Source: a bacterium (GTDB taxonomy: Bacteria; Patescibacteriota; Microgenomatia; JAMCZE01). From it: DNA of 64,000 nt. The stretch is from positions 3,841-67,840 of the forward strand of contig JAKBJL010000004.1 of assembly GCA_021836035.1 (NCBI GenBank), in the 5' to 3' direction. Every line of letters begins with the position of its first letter. Within the stretch, counting starts at the first letter, position 1. The translations under genes were made by a program, and so were the position numbers. Positions 60,350-64,000 of the stretch are shown here, in pieces. The notes below the pieces were generated by a model. The model was given only the letters and a program-made list of their open reading frames with translations, had not been told where the DNA came from and ran no database searches.

Positions 60350-62658
60350 TTCTTTCCCAATTGGCGTTCGGCTTCGTAAACGATTTCCCTGGTATGATCC
60401 AAAGCGTCAGGGCTTACCGAAACGGAGGTAACTCCCCAGGAAACCAATTTTTCGACCAGATCGGGATAAGTTGAAGGAGCTTGACCGCAGATACTGCTGG
60501 TAATCTTATATTTTCTGGCTGTTTCAATAGTCCGCTGTAAAGCCCAAAGAACTGCCGGATTACGTTCGTCAAATTCCTGTGCTACGGTCTCGTTATCCCG
60601 GTCGGTTCCCAGGAGCATCATCGTCAAGTCGTTGCTGCCGATGCTGACTCCGTCAATTCCGGCCTCAATAAATTTGTCCAGCAAGATAACGTTTGCGGGT
60701 ATTTCCACCATCATCCAGACTTGGAAGCTGGGGGAACGGGACAGGCCGTTTACGTGAAGAAGGGATTTTACCTCAATCAATTCCATCACTGTCCGGACAA
60801 AGGGGATCATGAGCCAGAGATTTTTTAATCCGTGTTTATTACGGACGGTTTTTAAGGCTTCGATTTCCATTTTAAAAACTTCGGGCTGGACCACATAGCG
60901 ATAGGCACCGCGGAATCCCAGCATGGGATTTGGCTCCTCCGGTTCATATTTCTCCCCGCCTTTTAAATTGCGGTATTCGTTGGTTTTAAAATCCGTTGCC
61001 CGGTAAACTACGGGACGCGGATAAAAAGCTTCCGCAAAGACTTTTAAATTATCAACTAAGGTATTGATAAATTCTTTTTGTTTTTTTCGGGCAATTATTT
61101 CCTTAGGATGGGTACCGATCTGTGCCAGCATAAATTCCGCCCGCAAAAGTCCTACGCCGTCGACGTTCATTTTAGCGATTTCAGCGGCTTTTTCCGGTTC
61201 AGCTAGGTTGACATAGACTTTCGTTGCGGTTTTAAAATTGCCTTTTTCATTTATTGCTTTTATTGTTTTTATTGTATTTATTGGATTTATTGCTTTAATT
61301 ACCGTTCCGCCTTTGAAGACTTTTCCACTGCTGCCGTCAACGGTAACCACCATACCATTACGGAGCTTTGTCGTGGCTATTTTCGTACCGACAACAGCGG
61401 GAATACCCAATTCCCGGCTCACAATTGCAGCATGGGAAGTCCGGCCGCCGAAGTTGGTGATAATTGCGGTAGCTTTTTTCATAGCCGGGACATAATCCGG
61501 GTTTGTCTGTTCGGCCACCAGGATTTCACCAAAAGAAAGCTGGTTTATTTCTTTAGCGCTGGCTAAAATTTTCACTGGCCCCGTGCGGATACCGGGACTA
61601 GCCGGGGAACCGGTCAAAATAACTTCACCGTGTTTGATAGCTACCTCCGTAGGTTTTTCTTTTGTGGAGGAGGAAGTAAGCGTGGTTATGGGGCGCGTTT
61701 GGACAATAAAAATTTCCCCTTTTTCTACGGCAAATTCAATGTCCTGTGGGTAATAGTAGTGTTTCTCAATTTTTTTACCCAGGATAGCCAGTTTGACAAT
61801 CTGATCATCCGTAAGTTTCCGTTTATTTTGCCGTCCGCGGGGGACTTCGTGTTTGCCGGTTTGTCCTGTATCCTTCCGGGAAAGCATTACCCTCTGAGGG
61901 ACGGTTTTTGCCACGGCAATTTTTAAACTGTCTTTATCCACTTCATAATGATCGGGGGTAACTTCTCCCTGGACGATTAATTCGCCCAATCCCCAAATCG
62001 CCTCGATAGTTATGGTCTTTTTGTTATTTGTAACCGGATCAGAGGTAAACATCACGCCGGAAACTTCGGATTGGACCATGCGTTGGATTGGAACGGCAAT
62101 TCCGACTTTAAAATGATCAAATTTATTCTGCTCACGGTAAAAGATCGCCCGGGCTTCAAAAAGAGAAGCCCAAGAACGGCGCACGGCTTCAATAACGCTA
62201 GCTTCTCCTTTAATATTTAAGAATGTCATTTGCTGGCCCGCAAAACTGGCGGTAGGTAAATCTTCAGCGGTAGCACTACTTCGGACGGCAACCAGGGGAT
62301 TAGGAACCAAAAGCCCTTTTAATCCCCGTCCGGATTTAAGCTCTTCGTAGTAGCGGGCGATAATTTCGGCTATCTCAGTAGGCACAGGGGTGCGGCAAAT
62401 AATTTGTTTAATCCTTTGAGCAACTTGGGAAAGCACCACCGGATTATTGACATCCAGATTTCTAAGTTCCTGTTTAATAGGGCGAGCAAGATTATTTTTT
62501 TCCAGAAAATAGTAGTAGGCAGCGGAGGTAACGATAAATCCCGGGGGGACCGGTATGCCGGCGCTGAACATTTCTCCCAGGTTAGCTCCTTTACCGCCGA
62601 CGAGAGGAATATCCTCTTTCCCGACTTCTTTAAACCAAACGACAAACTTATGACTCAT
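60346..62658 (-). CDS. ppsA: Phosphoenolpyruvate synthase (pyruvate, water dikinase)
   Basis: 770 aa. N-terminal ATP-grasp-like domain (LVGGKGANLGEM), phosphohistidine domain GGRTSHAAIVSRELGIPAVVG, and a C-terminal PEP-utilizing TIM-barrel domain. Confidence 0.85.
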   Translation of the reverse strand: MSHKFVVWFKEVGKEDIPLVGGKGANLGEMFSAGIPVPPGFIVTSAAYYYFLEKNNLARPIKQELRNLDVNNPVVLSQVAQRIKQIICRTPVPTEIAEIIARYYEELKSGRGLKGLLVPNPLVAVRSSATAEDLPTASFAGQQMTFLNIKGEASVIEAVRRSWASLFEARAIFYREQNKFDHFKVGIAVPIQRMVQSEVSGVMFTSDPVTNNKKTITIEAIWGLGELIVQGEVTPDHYEVDKDSLKIAVAKTVPQRVMLSRKDTGQTGKHEVPRGRQNKRKLTDDQIVKLAILGKKIEKHYYYPQDIEFAVEKGEIFIVQTRPITTLTSSSTKEKPTEVAIKHGEVILTGSPASPGIRTGPVKILASAKEINQLSFGEILVAEQTNPDYVPAMKKATAIITNFGGRTSHAAIVSRELGIPAVVGTKIATTKLRNGMVVTVDGSSGKVFKGGTVIKAINPINTIKTIKAINEKGNFKTATKVYVNLAEPEKAAEIAKMNVDGVGLLRAEFMLAQIGTHPKEIIARKKQKEFINTLVDNLKVFAEAFYPRPVVYRATDFKTNEYRNLKGGEKYEPEEPNPMLGFRGAYRYVVQPEVFKMEIEALKTVRNKHGLKNLWLMIPFVRTVMELIEVKSLLHVNGLSRSPSFQVWMMVEIPANVILLDKFIEAGIDGVSIGSNDLTMMLLGTDRDNETVAQEFDERNPAVLWALQRTIETARKYKITSSICGQAPSTYPDLVEKLVSWGVTSVSVSPDALDHTREIVYEAERQLGKK
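61252..61296. repeat. Five tandem 9-nt repeats (TATTGNNTT) inside ppsA, in frame
   Basis: tattgcttt tattgtttt tattgtatt tattggatt tattgcttt. These encode ~15 low-complexity residues (…IKAINPINTIKTIKAIN…) between the phosphohistidine and PEP-binding domains. Confidence 0.7.
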
Positions 62659-63946
62659 TGATGAACCGGGTAATTTCGTTGTGGATCGTGTTTAATCTTT
62701 GCGGAGAACTGGCTTCAACGTTTAAGCGCAACAGTGCTTCTGTAAGAGATTCCCGCAGATTAAACTTAAAATCCGGGCCAGAAACGGTTACCCCGTCAAT
62801 CGTCAGAACATTATTACCCTTATTTCTATAATAGTCTGCCATTCTTTCGAGAACAAGGGCAGAATTGCGCGTGAAGGGGATATTTTCTTCCGGTAACTGC
62901 GGGTATTGGTTACGGCAATTAAGAAGCTCCGTTTCTAAATCGATATTTTGGCAAAGCTGAAGAAATTTTAAAGCTGAAAAGAGACCGTCGTCGATTCGAT
63001 ACCACTCGGCGAAAATTAAATGACCGCTGGTTTCTCCGCCGAAACCGATACTCCGATCTTTATCCATGGCATATTTGAGGTTTTGAGCCCATGAGGGCAC
63101 GATAAGATACTCCGGACTGGTATAGGAAGATTTTCCTGCCCTGACATCGAAAACCGCTTTTTGATAATTGCGGGCGATAATTCCGAGAATATAAGAAGGG
63201 GGGATCAATTCTCCGCGTGCGTCAACAAAGATCACCCGGTCGCCGTCTCCGTCCCAGGAGATTCCTAGAGATGCTTTTTCAGATAATACTTTGCTGCTTA
63301 AATCCCGCCGATTATTGGCGATCAAAGGATTTGGTTCGCGCTCCGGATTTATAAGAATATATGGTAGACCCAGGTGTTGAAAGATATCTTCGGCGATTGC
63401 GGCGACACTGGAACTTCCCGTATCTAGGACAATTTTTCCCTTATTCCATTTGAGATCAGCAAAGTGGTTACTCATCTCGATTAGATACTCCGTCTTAATT
63501 TGTTCGTGCATATCAATAATTTTTGGAGAAACACCCTCAGGAAGTGAGCTGCCTTTATGTACCAGAGCTTTTAAATTATTAATATCGGCGTTGTTTAGGG
63601 GCAGAGCATTATTCCGGACAAATTTAAAACCGTTGTGACCCATGCTGATGTGCGATGCCGTGACCATAATTCCGGCCGGGCACCGGTTTTTGATGATACC
63701 ATAATAAAAAAGAGGGATCGGAAGTTGGCCGAAACTGATTACCCGGTCCCCATAAGAAGCCGCCGCGTTCATTAAGGCTTCGGCTAAGGACACTGAGGAA
63801 GAGCGGTTATCATAGGCCACTGCCAAATCGTGCGTCTTTAAATATTGCATTATGGCTTTACCGATTCTTCCGGCCAGTTCTTCGTCTACCACGGAGGGAT
63901 AATTCCCGCGGACATCAAAACGCAAGAAAGCTTTATTTATATCCAT
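62648..63946 (-). CDS. Phosphoglucomutase/phosphomannomutase-family protein
   Basis: Active-site serine loop TASHISMGHNGFKF, and the metal-binding loop GDGDRVIFVD. Confidence 0.82.
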   Translation of the reverse strand: MDINKAFLRFDVRGNYPSVVDEELAGRIGKAIMQYLKTHDLAVAYDNRSSSVSLAEALMNAAASYGDRVISFGQLPIPLFYYGIIKNRCPAGIMVTASHISMGHNGFKFVRNNALPLNNADINNLKALVHKGSSLPEGVSPKIIDMHEQIKTEYLIEMSNHFADLKWNKGKIVLDTGSSSVAAIAEDIFQHLGLPYILINPEREPNPLIANNRRDLSSKVLSEKASLGISWDGDGDRVIFVDARGELIPPSYILGIIARNYQKAVFDVRAGKSSYTSPEYLIVPSWAQNLKYAMDKDRSIGFGGETSGHLIFAEWYRIDDGLFSALKFLQLCQNIDLETELLNCRNQYPQLPEENIPFTRNSALVLERMADYYRNKGNNVLTIDGVTVSGPDFKFNLRESLTEALLRLNVEASSPQRLNTIHNEITRFINES

Positions 63947-64000
63947 AATAAAAAATGCTGCATATTATCAGCAAAGCTTCCGGTTAATTGACTGGTTTTA

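Noticed and set aside
61252-61296. Tandem repeats considered as a possible CRISPR or minisatellite locus
   Set aside because: The unit is 9 nt with no spacers, lies in frame inside ppsA and encodes peptide. It is not a CRISPR array. No CRISPR-like repeat-spacer structure was seen anywhere in the window.

Overview
This 64-kb window looks like the chromosome of a small-genome, probably monoderm bacterium. It has compact core genes, a secretin-less type IV pilus locus and a sortase/LPXTG pair, which is consistent with (but does not prove) a CPR/Patescibacteria-type lineage. The standard genetic code is used. Left to right, the window contains: a complete 16S rRNA gene on the minus strand, with part of the 16S-23S spacer at positions 1-62; an FkbM-type methyltransferase; a gyrB-hppA-gyrA block on the minus strand with a proton-pumping pyrophosphatase between the gyrase genes; a holB-like clamp-loader subunit; a contiguous ~12.6-kb type IV pilus locus (pilB, pilT, pilC, three major-pilin-like genes, pilD, three minor pilins, a PilX-like gene, a 477-aa secreted protein, pilM, pilN, pilO) with no secretin; a recG-rpmF-nusB-rnc-rpsP-KH operon; tyrS; a class A PBP; pheST; infC-rpmI-rplT; thrS; tRNA-Val; a trigger factor that lacks the PPIase domain, with neighbouring hypothetical and membrane proteins; an accessory-looking block bounded by tRNA-Leu, tRNA-Lys and tRNA-Arg that holds two transposase HTH fragments (one on a clearly GC-rich foreign segment), a ~530-nt region with no ORFs, a DUF4143 AAA ATPase, a P-loop protein co-transcribed with an orphan GAF histidine kinase, and a duplicated tRNA-Arg 5' half; a cell-envelope cluster (secreted lysozyme-like protein, a YfhO-like polytopic membrane protein that may be a GT-C glycosyltransferase, a GT4 glycosyltransferase, a Tat-motif secreted protein, an LPPTG/DUF11 surface protein and its sortase); and finally dedA, rsmI, a histidine phosphatase, a compact enolase, PEP synthase with an in-frame 9-nt tandem-repeat insertion, and a phosphohexomutase. 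No CRISPR array, intact IS element or prophage is visible. I had no tools, so every homology call rests on recognising motifs in the supplied translations and is graded accordingly.
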